From Lingula anatina (Eukaryota; Animalia; Brachiopoda), in assembly GCA_051362555.1 (NCBI GenBank), contig CM120642.1, positions 33,046,001 to 33,110,000 on the forward strand: a DNA stretch of 64,000 nt, read 5' to 3'. The notes below the pieces were generated by a model. It was not told where the DNA came from and ran no database searches. It saw nothing but the letters and a program-made list of their open reading frames with translations. Below, piece by piece: positions 26,001 through 38,770 of this stretch. Position 1 is the stretch's first letter. Every line of letters starts with the position of its first letter. A program made the translations under genes and the position numbers.

Positions 26001-29000
26001 CCGCGGCGGCAAAAACAAGCTTCTGCTCTGTGAAACTTACAAATACAACAAGAAGCCAACAGGTGGGTGCATCAGGTCATGTTGGATTCGGGAAAGATTT
26101 TTACCTGCGAAAAAATTTTTTTCGCAAGTCATTTGCTGTGCTGGTCTGTGAGTTTGTGGTCAAAATTTTTTCCCGAGATAGGGACCACAATTTTAGAGAT
26201 TTATTTATTTTTTATATTTTATTTTATTTTTTTCTGCATGAACTATTTGTGTGGTCAAAATTTCGCCTATGATAGAGGCCACAATTTTAGAGATTCATTA
26301 TTTACTTTATCTTTTTTTTCTGCAGGAACTATTTGTGTGACAGGTATAGTTATAACATTTTCCCATCTATTTGCTTTGTGTTAAATGGGATAATAGCCAA
26401 GTTGAAATTTGTGTAGAAGAAAAGGTGTATTAGAATCCAGGTCTTTACTATAACAGCAAACAAACCTATTTGTCTGTTTGAATTGTGTGCTTGTTAATAA
26501 AGTATTTGTATAATAATGCCTGCATGTGGCTTGGACTGGGCTGACACCTGTTAACTTTTGTAAAAATGGACACCATTCCTTGCACTGGAGAGTGCAACAA
26601 GAGCTACAACAATGAAAAAAAAATTAAAGGAAAGGTCTTTAGGGTCTGATCATCAGTGCTGACGTGATGGGTGAACTCTCAACAACCTTTCTCTCATCTT
26701 GTCTGCAAAGTCTGCACATTTTATCCATAAGGCCACTTTACGGCATGTGGAACTTGCTCAGGCATAATATTTATGTTTTTGTTGATTTTGGCCAAAGTCC
26801 CATCTTTTTTGGATCATTCTCCATTCCATAGATTAGTCTTGGGAAAATAGGGTTGTCTTGCAGTGTTTATCCAAGCTTGACTTATGTAATTCTGATGACC
26901 CACTACCTTAGTTTTAGTAGAAATCAAGATTCTTAAGTAACTTCTCAATAGCCAAGGTCAGAATAATCTTCATGTTTGGAAGGAATTTAGTTCACAGAGA
27001 TAAAGCGCAGCAGCTCTTTGCCTGATACAGAAATATAATAGTAAATTTTTGAAATTTTTTGTTTTCCTGCCAGTACAAATGACTTCTTATACAAAGGGTA
27101 ACATCGCCCATACAAGCTGATTAACATTTCCAAGTTTCTTATTTCTTTTTGTTTCTGCTCACTTATTTATCAGAAGCTAAATTTCGAGATATTGTATCTG
27201 GGTGGAGGCTGGTGTCATCAGGGTGTGAGGCGTGTAGTCAGCTTTAACAGCTGTCGTATCCTCCAGTTAGGGACATATCTATGACAACAGTCTGAATAAT
27301 TAACATACTTCACACTCAAACTTCTGGTGTCAAATACGGCAGGTGTGTATGTGTGCGTGCAAGCTTGTTTGTGTGTGTATTTTTCAACAACATTCTCTAG
27401 TTACAGTACAGTAAATTCTTTTCTTATTCCATGAGCAAATAGATCCATTTTCAAGTTCTGCGTTGCAGTATAAGGTTTCTATAGCAAAATTAGCAAAAAA
27501 TGTACACCTGGGATTGAAAAAATTGTGCTCAATAAGAAAATATATCAGTAAAGGTTGGTTGAGCAGAAAATAAACTATTATTTTAAAGCTGCTTGGATTT
27601 ACAAAATTTCCCTTTTTTCTCTTGACAGACAGTAACAAGAGATGGTCTTGCAAAACAGTGATGGACAAGGGGGCACAGTCGGTGCCATGGTTTGGAATTG
27701 AACAGGAATACACTCTACTGGCCCAAGATGGACATCCATACGGCTGGCCCAAGAATGGATACCCAGGACCACAAGGTAAAAAAAAAAAAAAAAAAAGTGC
27801 TTTCAGAACAGCCGACAAACAGATCAGCAGATCAATACGGCCAACCCACTTGAATGCTTGTCACATGAATACAGTTTCCAATTGGAATTAATCGGGAAGA
27901 TGTCCCAAGCTATAAATTTCGGATTTACCATGTTTTTACTCTCATGAATCTAAGTTGATTAAACGGGAAAAAAATTGACAAAAGGTCTCCGGCAACACTG
28001 TTGTAAGAAAAGGCTCTTGCTGATTGAAGTTGAATTTTTAAAAATTCTTCAGGTCCTTACTACTGTGGCGTTGGTGCTAACAAGGTGTATGGGCGTGATG
28101 TCGTGGAGGCGCACTACAGGGCGTGTCTTTACGCTGGAGTCAAAATTGCCGGTGAAAACGCAGAGGTGATGCCCGCCCAGGTAAGTCAGTATAGAAAGTG
28201 AGATCTGTACTTGAGCATGTTAATGTAGTGGTTAGTTATATAGCATCTTAAGTACGTATAGATAGTACTAAGGCAACCTTGGTGGTGATTGTAGGTATGT
28301 TCAGATATTCAATGTGAGGAACAGTTCATGTCATATCCTTTCACTGAGGTATCACATTGGTTAATGTGGATGTTGTTTATGGCAGTTCAGGCTCTTAGCC
28401 AGGTGGGTTGAGAAAAGTGGAGGGGGTTAAAAAAAAACTGCCCTTTTTGCTTGGGGAAAAGGACTGCTCTAGGTAATATAAAACTTAGGTTACATGGTTA
28501 ACGATCCACTTTTTCTGCAAAAGAACTCCCCTTTTGAAATTGCTGGCTGTGGGCCTGTCAGTTTAGGAAACATTGCTCTTTTAAATCTATAAAATTATAG
28601 TAAAAAATAAAAATATATGGAGGATTGTTAGTTAAGATTATTACACAACTTGAACGTGTGATTGACTTGTTTTCAGTGGGAGTTCCAAGTGGGCCCCTGC
28701 GAAGGTATCGAGATGGGCGACCATTTGTGGATGGCTCGTTTCATTTTACATCGTGTGGCTGAAGATTTCGGCATCATCGTCACCCTGGACCCCAAGCCAA
28801 TGCCTGGGGACTGGAACGGTGCAGGTGCTCACACTAACTTCAGCACAAAACCCATGAGAGACGAGGGAGGAATCAAGTAAGTCATAGAAAAAAAAATTTC
28901 CCCCCAGATTTACGCAGTTTGAGCCTTCTGTTTAGGTGCAAAAAGACTTTGCTGAATTCAACTGAGGCTGGTTGCCCCATAAATGTGCTGCTTTTATATC

Positions 29001-32000
29001 TTTTAAAGAAGTTGTATTTGCATCATGCATCATTTCTGTGAGTTGTTAGTGACCTTGCCCCAGACTGGTACATTTGTCGCATGCAAATATTGTTAATTTG
29101 AAGAGAGGTAGAAATAAATAGCTAGTAATGTTGGCGGAAGTCTCCGTTACTGAATAATGCATACATGATAGATAGAGGTAGCAGATATTACAGCAAGCAT
29201 GTGATTAGCCATTGTTGCTCAATTCTGACCTCAGGCTCTGCTGCTGATAAGCTATAAGGGGCACTTGTTCTTACATTACACTGGACATGATGAGAGCAAT
29301 GATAAGATATCCTCCAGCAAAACCACCAACCATGCAGTGGTCTTTAGTTCCCGGCAGGTGTAGAAAGTCCATTCCCGCTTTCCATGTTATCTTCTGTTGA
29401 AGCATCTATTATCTTATGTGTAATTGCTTTGAAAGTGGAGGAATATTGAAGTTCAGCATGCAACAGTGTAGCAATGTAGGGACAGTAAATAAGAATTGTT
29501 TCATTTCTGAATGTTTTAAAGGGTGGAGTTTTATGAAAATATTGGTTATGCTACTCAGACATTGGATGATTTGTAAAACTTCCCCACTATTTGACTTCAG
29601 CTATTTATTAACAGGTTTCTTTATGCATATGTGAAAAATATTTTTTAACTTGCAAACTATCCTTAATCACAATTTAGACCAAATCTGATAGATTTAAAAA
29701 AAAGAATGATTGTATGTTCAAATCTATTTTGTTAGTGAAGGCATACGGCAAAAATGTTTTTTTTTTTTAAGATTTGAATAAATTAAATGTAGGAGCATAA
29801 CCTTCAGACAATTTATGGAAAGAAAGGTGAAGAAAAAAAATCGGAAATTATGGGATGTTTCGTGACTTTTATTATGAAAGTTGTTATGAAAGTACATACT
29901 GAATAACCCATGGGCCTTGTTTTTTTGACCTTTCAATGTTTCTACAAGCAATAAATTGTCATAATGCAGTCATGGTATGCAATTGTAACATGCAATAACA
30001 TTTTTGGGCTAGAAACAAGTTGATAAGTGCTGACACATTTAAAATAATTGTACGATAGCATCACTTTTATACATTAACCTGAGAGAAAAATAAGGGTTTT
30101 GACAGAAACTAGTTTAAGAGTAACTAATGACCTTGACCTAAGTGCAATTAAATAAATAGTTGTTAAGAAAAAATTGAAACACCAATGCTTAAAGCTTGAA
30201 GACCCTTGGACATGCTCTGAATATGCAGTAAATTACCTCTCACTTAATGCGGGTGACCTGGAAGCGGCTGTGTCCTGATTTTAGAGGGACTGAAATTGAT
30301 TACCAAAAGACAAAATTTGCATAAATAACAATCCGTACAGAGCATTACAGGCCATATGGCTTACTTGAGTGAGTTAGAATTGCATTACCTGTCATGTAGA
30401 AGGTCAGAAACATTATCTTAAAGTATGAAGTGATTGTTCTGTGAATACAAAATGTGCTGGTTTTGAAAAGTTGGCAAATTTCCAGAGAGCTTGCTGGACG
30501 GGAAGGAAAATTTAGGTTTATAGGGGTCTTTGTTTGTGAACTGGAGTTTGAAATTAAGGCATGTTTGCAAAGATAAAAATATTTGAACTGGTATTCAGCT
30601 TTTTAGGTCCATGTAAAGTTGTGGGCAACATAAAAAAAGCATGTGGAACCAGTTAAAAGTTTGAAATGTCAACAACTGCCTCAACTTCACAAAAAAAAAA
30701 AAAAAAAAAATTGGGAGGTCGATGACACCAGTTTTCGTGCCCTCAAATAAGTCTTTGCTAGGACAAAGAGCATTACTAAAGTGACTAAATCTAAAGAATG
30801 TTTGTGTAAAAAGGTTAAGTTTCTTTTAAATTAAATTACACTTTGCCACACTACAGGTTGTACTTGGTGAACTTAGTAGGAAATATATACGTAATGTACT
30901 TTAAAACCATGGCCTTCCGTTGACATTGACATGAACTGCCAAAAATTGTCATGTTGTTGTTGAGATGATGCCTGAATCGTTTCTAAAATTTAATTACCTC
31001 ATTTATCATTTAGATTGTTTGAGGATGTGAAAACAGTATTTGGCATATAACCAATGCTAATACCTACTTTTACATCAATTTATGTGCCCTGCTTTGAACT
31101 AGCTTGTACTTTCGGTATGTGAAGTAGGTTATTTTCTGAAGTCTCTGTGCTGCCTGTTCATTCATATTTTAGTCACTAACTAGTCACATCACATACGCAG
31201 TGGAAAGGTCAGTTATATGTATGTCAGTATTATAGGTCAGCTGCTGTAGATTGTAAATGCGATATTTTCTTATTTCTACACGTTTTGCATTGAATTATTA
31301 TTATTTTTTGTTTATTTAGACTGTTTTGTAATGTGAAGATAATATTTTGTGGGCTAAAAACACTATAAAACCAGTTTATAATGCTCATTCAAATATAGAT
31401 ATATCTTTTTTATCACATGGTTTGCAAAGGAAGTAATACCCTAATGTGGACTAGAAAGCAGGACAGCACTTTTTTTAGAGTTAATTTATCATCTCATGCC
31501 TAAACTTGGGAGCACCTGATTTGATAACAGTACCAGTAAATTGCCTTTGGACAAACTCTCAAAATATTGATCCAGGGTTTAAAATAAATTAAAAAATAAC
31601 TCTTGTTTGCAGCATGCTTTAGGGAGGTGGCATTAGGCGTAGGTTTGATCACTTGCTGTGATGTGACCCAGATAATATACGGTAACGATTCAATCTTTTC
31701 AGTAGGGAATTTGGGAATTTTACAGATAGCGTATTTTGTCAAGTCAGACATTTTTAAAGCACAACATTTGTGTGGAGTAATTGGAAGAAATCTAAAAATT
31801 TTGCAACAGTATAGTTTTAATTTATACATTAAAAGCTCCACAAAAGCCACACAGAAATGGCATTTTAAAGATTTCTAAATTATGCATCTGAAAGACTGAT
31901 CGTTTTTTCCCCATTGCAAAAAACGAGTCGTTACCAAAAAGTCAATGACCTGTTTCTATAACGGAGCTATTTTCAGTTGTCCTGATTAGAAACTGACAAA

Positions 32001-34050
32001 GCTGGTAGTAGGTCATTGGCATACACCAGTTAATATCCAGGCTAGCTGACTATAGTTGAGTGGGTAGTCTAGTAGTTGAGTGGTAGTTGGGTGGACGGGC
32101 TATCTTTAGCAGGCTAAAGGTGTCACCTCCCCTGTGTTTTATCACCTGTGCAGGGTCGCCCTGGTCGAGACACCTGGTGTCAATTATTCCTTTTAGTTAT
32201 CAGTTATTGCAAACAGACTGAAGTGATTGTAAATATAGAGAAGAAATGATAGTTGAGAGATCTTGTTGAAATGGTAAAGGTTAGGTTAAAGAGGTGCTGT
32301 ATATAGACAAGATGAAGTGTAGAGTTCTAAACATGGATCTTGATAAGTGATTTGATTATCAAGTGTGCGAATTGCCTGGATCTGTGAACTACGTGGCAAG
32401 GAGAACCTGGATAAGAATGGCCTGGATGGCATTGCATTTCAGAACAATTATCAGCATAATCCCTGTAAAAAATTAAAGAAAAAAAACTGTTGAAGCAAGC
32501 TGCTCATATCTGAACCCCAAATCTTAAAAACACTATGAAAGGATTTATTTACTTAAAAACGCTATGAAAGGATTTATTTTTGGAAAAACATTCCAGAAAA
32601 AAAATGTCACCTTAAATGGCAACCAAGCAATTGTAGTCTGAGCACATAAACAACAGCTGACCATGGCCTTGCAGCCGACCTTGCTCACGTTTGGCTGACT
32701 AGTGTAATAACTAACAAAACTCCACCTCACATGACCACTAGAAAATTATCATCTTTCTCGTACAAATTGCTGTTATTGTAATTTCCCACTGTTACCTTGT
32801 TTATTTGTTATGAAAATACATGAAGGTTATGTACGAGTGCAGTCATCACAAGTTGTTGGGAACTGTGGTCAATATTGATGCCTGAAGACCGGGTGCTATG
32901 AGGTCAGGGTCTGGATCTCCTGTTTACTGTGGGCAGTTATTTGTTTTCCTTCTTTTACCAGCTGTTTTAGGGGTGAATCTGAGAACATTTCATCTGGGCA
33001 TTTTGTGGGCTCTGTAGATGAGCAAGCTTTAGAGATTTTGACTGTTGTAGATGTATATAATTATGTACACTGATAGGAAGATTAAGAGAGGGGTCCTCCC
33101 CCCTCCCCTCTTCTTGGTATTCTGTGTTCGCCAGTGCACTTTAAAGTCTTTGCACTGGGAAGAAAAATAAACACTTTTCCTGGAAACATTAGTCTTAATT
33201 TAGCATGGTCCACTGCACAAGACTGTTATAGTAATCAACCACTCTCCATTACTCTCTGTGGACATTAAAGTAGGTTCAAAGTCCAAGTACAAAAATAGAA
33301 GTTGACCCTGTTGTTCCATGTGCAATATAATGGTTGATCAGAAAAATCAATATTTTGCGTTGTTGAGGATTTATTGTGGTTTCAGCTATATGTGGCCTGC
33401 ATACAATGCTTGCAAAAAGCTGCTACCATGTTAACAAATTATAAATGTCTGTGTGCATCTATGAAATGGCAAGGTCACAGTTTTGTTTTAATACAGTGTG
33501 GATTATTTTAAAAACAAGAAGCCCAAAATTTTGAATTATTTACAATTTCAATTATTTTAAAGAAATAATACTTCTGTCTTTTATATGGTCTGATGTAATA
33601 TTCAATATTTCTTAAACAAGTTTATTTTTAAATATCAGAAATTATAAAATAGCAGTTTTGAGCCACTGTTAGATACTTTAAAAGACTAATGCCAATTAAA
33701 TCACCCGTTTGATATTTTCAAGACATAGATTAATGCCCCAATTATTATCTTCTTTCAGGGTCATTGAAGATGCTATTGAGAGGTTGTCAAAAAATCACCA
33801 GAAGCACATCAGAATGTACGATCCTAAAGACGGACAGGACAACAGACGCCGTCTGACAGGGCTCCACGAGACATCCAGTTTTGACGACTTTTCTGCCGGT
33901 GTTGCCAACCGTGGCTGCAGCATCCGTATCCCTCGCCAGGTCGGAGAAGACGGCAAAGGTTACCTGGAGGACAGACGACCAGCCTCCAACTGTGATCCAT
34001 ACATAGTTACGGAGCTGCTGGTCCGCACGTGTGTACTTAACGAAGAGTAG
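20056..34050 (+). CDS. GLUL: Glutamine synthetase (type II), complete, 367 aa
   Basis: Coding exons 20056-20230, 25901-26062, 27629-27775, 28053-28180, 28677-28876, 33759-34050; all GT-AG, total 1104 nt in frame. Motifs [92 protein letters not shown]. Confidence 0.98.
20641..20765. repeat. Three copies of a ~32-bp core (TAATTGGTCAGGTTAGGAAAGGGGAGGGGCA)
   Basis: Copies start near 20641, 20689, 20729 in the intron after the first GS coding exon. Confidence 0.85.
26150..26340. repeat. Tandem duplication, ~95-bp unit x2
   Basis: GTGGTCAAAATTT...CCACAATTTTAGAGATT...TTTCTGCA(T/G)GAACTATTTGTGTG twice. Confidence 0.75.
28388..28557 (-). mobile_element. hAT-like MITE family C copy 1 (GS intron)
   Basis: CAGGCTCTTAGCCAG ... 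TGCTGGCTGTGGGCCTG termini; interior is the reverse complement of 43553-43718; flanks GCAGTT / TCAGTT. Confidence 0.65.
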
Positions 34051-36008
34051 AGCGAAAATAACTTTACGTTTGGGACTGAAAATTACTTATTTTGTAACCA
34101 AAAGCACACATGATACAAGAAGTATGAATTCTGCAAGAAGTAGATAAAAGTGCTCTGTATGGGAAGTGTGAAATATTGAAAAGAAATCTCTTTATTGTTT
34201 TAAATTTGAAAAGCATTTTTGATGTTTAACAGACAGTAAAAAGTGAGGCAATACATTGCATCATGAATAATTTATTTTGACAGTCGCAAAATAATCAGGA
34301 AATGAAATGGTTTTTACGGGATGTAAGAAGTAGATAATGAACCATCTATGAAGGCATTTAATGAAGCTTTTATATTTGTAATCCTGTACTTTTTTGAGTT
34401 AAAGGGGATTGCTTATTATTTATGTGTAAGATATATTTACTGCTTAATATTAAAAACAAAATGTATTAACAATGACATCAATCATCCTTGTATGACCTGC
34501 ATTTTCTGGAGGGACCTTCCCTTTTAAGGACACCTTAGTAATATACGTATTATAAGGCGAAAAGAAAAATGCTCTTTGTAAGATACATTTGTAAATAACA
34601 TTTCGTGTTTCAGTGTTTGTCTTTAAGAAAAGAAATGCTGTCATTGATGAATTAACAACAGCATGATAAGAGTCTGGAGAACTGCCATTGTAAAAAAAAA
34701 AAAGTTATTCAAAGTATATTTATCTTGCCAGTAGATAAATGTAACAGTGGTGATGGGCACACGTAATAAATCTTGTAAGCAAAAGAACATAAGAATTAGT
34801 CTAAAGACTGTATCTTCCTTTGTAGCATAATAAAGTAGTGACTGATCTTGTTCGTGCAGCACCAGGGCAAGAGTGAGGTATTATTATGTTGTGGAAAGTA
34901 GTACAATCTTCTTCCCCCCTAGTGGTCCACAGTTGGCGTAATAAATATAAGCAGATAGAAATTTGTAAGACGAGGCAGCTATTTTACGCTTTGGTGGAAG
35001 AATATGTTACTAATTGTAAGATCTGTATTTCTGTTCTTTTGATTAAAAGTGGAAAGTAAAAATTAAAGGCCTTGTTTTCAATGAGTTGTTGCTTCGCAAA
35101 TGGGTGAAGAAACTTACGTTGGGTCTGGTTTTAAGTACATTGTAAAATTGTCACTGCTGTGGGATTGAAGCGATTTTGAAGTAAAAAAAAAAAAAAAAAA
35201 CAACTCACAATTTCTAAGTTTAATGCTGAAGCTTGTGTTGGAGAAATTGTTTGATAAAAGCACAAGTGCAGTAAAGATTCTTAAAATTGTTGATCTTCAG
35301 GAAATGGGTTAAAAGTGACCAGCACAATATTTTCTCACAAAAAAAGTTGAGACTTATCAAATTTTGGGGTTAAAAATGATACTTTTCTCCAACTAACCAA
35401 ACTTTCATCCACCTCTCCTGACCCTCACCAGGAAAATTCTAAAGTCCTCAGCAAATAATTCGGTGTGGGTTTTTCAAATTAGGCCATCACTGACCTCCAG
35501 GTTGCGAGCCATTCAAAACTTTCAAGATGGCTGACAAGAAAGGAGATTTGTCAGGATGTCATGAAATAAATGTTTTTGGCAACATAAATTCAAGGCATTT
35601 TTTGTTAAAAATGATTAAAAAAAGTATTAATTGTTCTTAGATATGTTCAACAAGAATTTTGAAATTTGTGTTTAAAATCTTACAGTGTTCCTTTCACTGC
35701 AGTGATACTTGTGTGAGAGTTTAGCTTCCCAACCTTTGGGAAAACATCATATTTTAATAACAGAAAATAATGGAAAAAACGTTTTCTAAATTTTCTTATA
35801 TGTAGCATAATTATACTTCTGTTCTGAGTCACTAAACTATTTTAAAGAATCAACAGTCCTGACGAATTTTCTTACAAGTTTTTTTTTAAAGTGGTTTGTC
35901 GAATGACCACATTCATAACGTCAGATACCTGTAGTCTGTCGATATAGGGTTAGTAATAAGCAGCGCATCCAATACATTGCATTAGTTGAGATGTGGACAG
36001 TCACCACT

Positions 36009-36128
36009 GGAAGTCGTATTCTAAGATGGGCTAGAGGATTTTGCCAATAGAGGGCTTCGTGTGAAAACTAGTTATTTTTCATACCACTTGGTGCGCTGTA
36101 TTCCCATTCACAAAATGATGACGTAGAC
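36009..36128 (+). repeat. Left arm of 120-bp long-range inverted repeat
   Basis: Reverse complement of 41169-41288 with about 3 mismatches by eye. Confidence 0.9.
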
Positions 36129-36324
36129 ATATTAAGCTGAAAATAGCGGTAAACTTGATATGACAGCAATGAAGGTCGCTATTTAAATTTATTATGTTTA
36201 CGTGTTTGAATAATACATATTATAACTTTAAAGCTGTCAAGATGTTTCCAAGATATTTAAAAGAAAATGAATGTTTTGGTCATATGAGGTAGAAACATCA
36301 TCATTTAAATTGTTCTTTTTACAG

Positions 36325-38770
36325 GTGTTTCATTCCATGTGAGCCTTCATGTAATGTCCAGGATTGTATATTATGAAGGCATGGCTTATTTTTCTAAGGT
36401 TACCCATATTCTCTTTGAATAGGTAAATGAATATGCTTTAAAGAAAAAAAAAATCAATAATTTTTTAGCCATCATACATAAATATTTCTTTTGACTTAAT
36501 TTTTTCTCCTTTTCATTATGTCTCAAAGAACATTGCACTGTTTTTTGTGATAGGTGTTATAAATTAAACCTCAAATATCTGTATAATGAAAAAATTGAAT
36601 TTTATATAACCACCTTTAAATGTACTGGCACTTTTTAAAATGCATTGATATATATATGTAGTAGTTATTAAAAAAGGTTACCTTCCTTATTTATGTTTAA
36701 AAAAAAACATTATTCTCAATACTTTTCTTTCTCTACATTTTCTTTTTTTTTTTCATACACGTATAGGTTTGGTGGCATTTAGTTAGTACAATTGTTTTCT
36801 ATCCCAAATTGCAATAAATAGATTAATTTGAATTAAATTCCACTTGCTTCTGATTTTCATTTTTTCTCTGTCAGTGATATAAAAAGATCTGAGAATATTA
36901 TATGTGTCAGAGTTTGCATTAGATGAGGACATGTACTGTGCTGTCTTGGTAAGTATTCAATCCATTATATGGGACTCTTAGATTTAAATTTTGTATTTGA
37001 ATTGATTTTACTAAATTAAATGTAGGCAGTTAATTATCTCTTCAATAACTGTAACTCTGCTATAAGATATGCTTGACATAAGGCAGTAACAAATCTATAT
37101 AATTTTTAATTATCCTGTTTTAATAAAAAAAATCGCTACATTTATTTGTATATTAAAACAAGTTAAAAGACATAATTTGGAGAATTTTAGTACTCTGTAT
37201 TAGATCTGACATTTGACTTATTCTCCACCCAACACCAATTTTTGTATTTTGTGAAACATGAAGACATATTGAACTGACTAGGGCTTATTATTTTTTTAGT
37301 TGTGTCTATTGTACTTAGTATTGTGGAAGAAAGGAGGGTAGATTCACCTATGTCAATTCCCTTTGAGAGACTGGCCAAGAATAGAACATTATCACAAGAA
37401 ACTGGGGGTAGTTGAATATTAAAAAAGTCTCGTCATGTAAAAAAAAAAAAAATTATATATATATATATATATATATTAATAAAAGGTTTACGGGGGCGGA
37501 TCCAGAGATATTTTCTGAGTCTTCCAAATTATCTTTGTCAATCCATCTTTTATTTTTTGAACCGTCTTCCAACAGAAAAAATTAGATACCCACCAATTAT
37601 GTAAGCTGAAGACGGTCTAAATCTTTAATCTGCCCGTGTTTATATAAATTATGTTAATTATATGTGCAAGATGCAGACAATTCAATATTATGATTTGGTT
37701 GAAAGGTATAATTTTTCTCGTAATATATTTTCAGCAACTTCTTCAGGAGTAAATAATCGGGTGCCAGTTTGTCACCATTGGCCATGAAAAACAACTACAT
37801 GTAGATGGCTACACTTGTCGGCTGAGGTGTATACATGTGAGTTATGTTACCTAGGAAGCACACATTTCAGTATAAGTTCTAAACTTGTACACCTCTAAAG
37901 AGTCCCCAAGAGAAACATTTGTAGGCCAATGAAAATAATTTTTATACTTTATTACTTAGATCCCGAGCAAGGGTTAAACATTATTCAATATGACCAGACC
38001 ATGTACATAAACACAGAGCAAAAGTATACACACCCAATGTGAATTTATTAACATTTTACGAACAGCACAGACAGTTACCCATAAATTATTGAACAACAAA
38101 ATTAACTTTGTATATAGACATATTTGTATATAAACATTAAACCATTGTGTAGGGATTTTCCTTTTTACCTGGTATATCAATAGAAATTTTGTTATCATTA
38201 TTCATTTTTATTCAGGCAGTGGAGCACCTGTTGGTATATGGATTGGGCAAAACACCAAAGATCTGCCAGCCAGACTTTTTAATAGGCTAAATGTGGCCAT
38301 TCTGGTTTTAAGAAATATTGGTATGAATATGGAATTTATTTTTGTTAAAAAATGATAATGATAATTATGATATTTATGTATAAGTAAGAGTTGGATATTA
38401 GATTTAAAATACAAAAAAAAATGTAATTCTAGCTTGTATAATTTCTAACGTAATGTGTATTCATATTTATTTTCAAGACATGCATTAACATTTAAATTTA
38501 TGAATTTAATTCATTTGATTGCTTTAAAGTTTACTATGCCCAGAAAAAGCCTTAAAGGATCTTACAGTTTTTGACACTTAAAATTCCTGGATTCTTGTAG
38601 CTTCCAAAATAGATGGGGTCATGTTTTCCCACCTGTCTGTCTGGAACTGTCACTGTGTTGTCCCTTTGGTTTGATGTTTAATGCTAATAACTAATAGTAT
38701 CTTTTTCTTGATTTTCAGATGCTGCAGATAAAAAGCACTTCAAAATAATACCATTTGGGCATAAGAGCAG
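36325..38770 (+). pseudogene. Chain of exon-like segments with in-frame stops (pseudogene or spliced lncRNA candidate)
   Basis: AG/GT-bounded, less AT-rich islands at 36325-36422, 36875-36948, 37191-37407, 37735-37836, 38719-38770; best frames carry single stops. No recognised homology. Confidence 0.25.

Noticed and set aside
34051-35750. Iron-responsive element or SECIS in the GS 3' region
   Set aside because: CAGTG-type loops seen (e.g. ~34611, ~35684) lack a complementary 5-bp stem; no in-frame TGA in GS.
37275-37277. In-frame TGA as selenocysteine in the exon-like segment
   Set aside because: No SECIS or redox motif seen; neighbouring segments have TAA stops, favouring decay.
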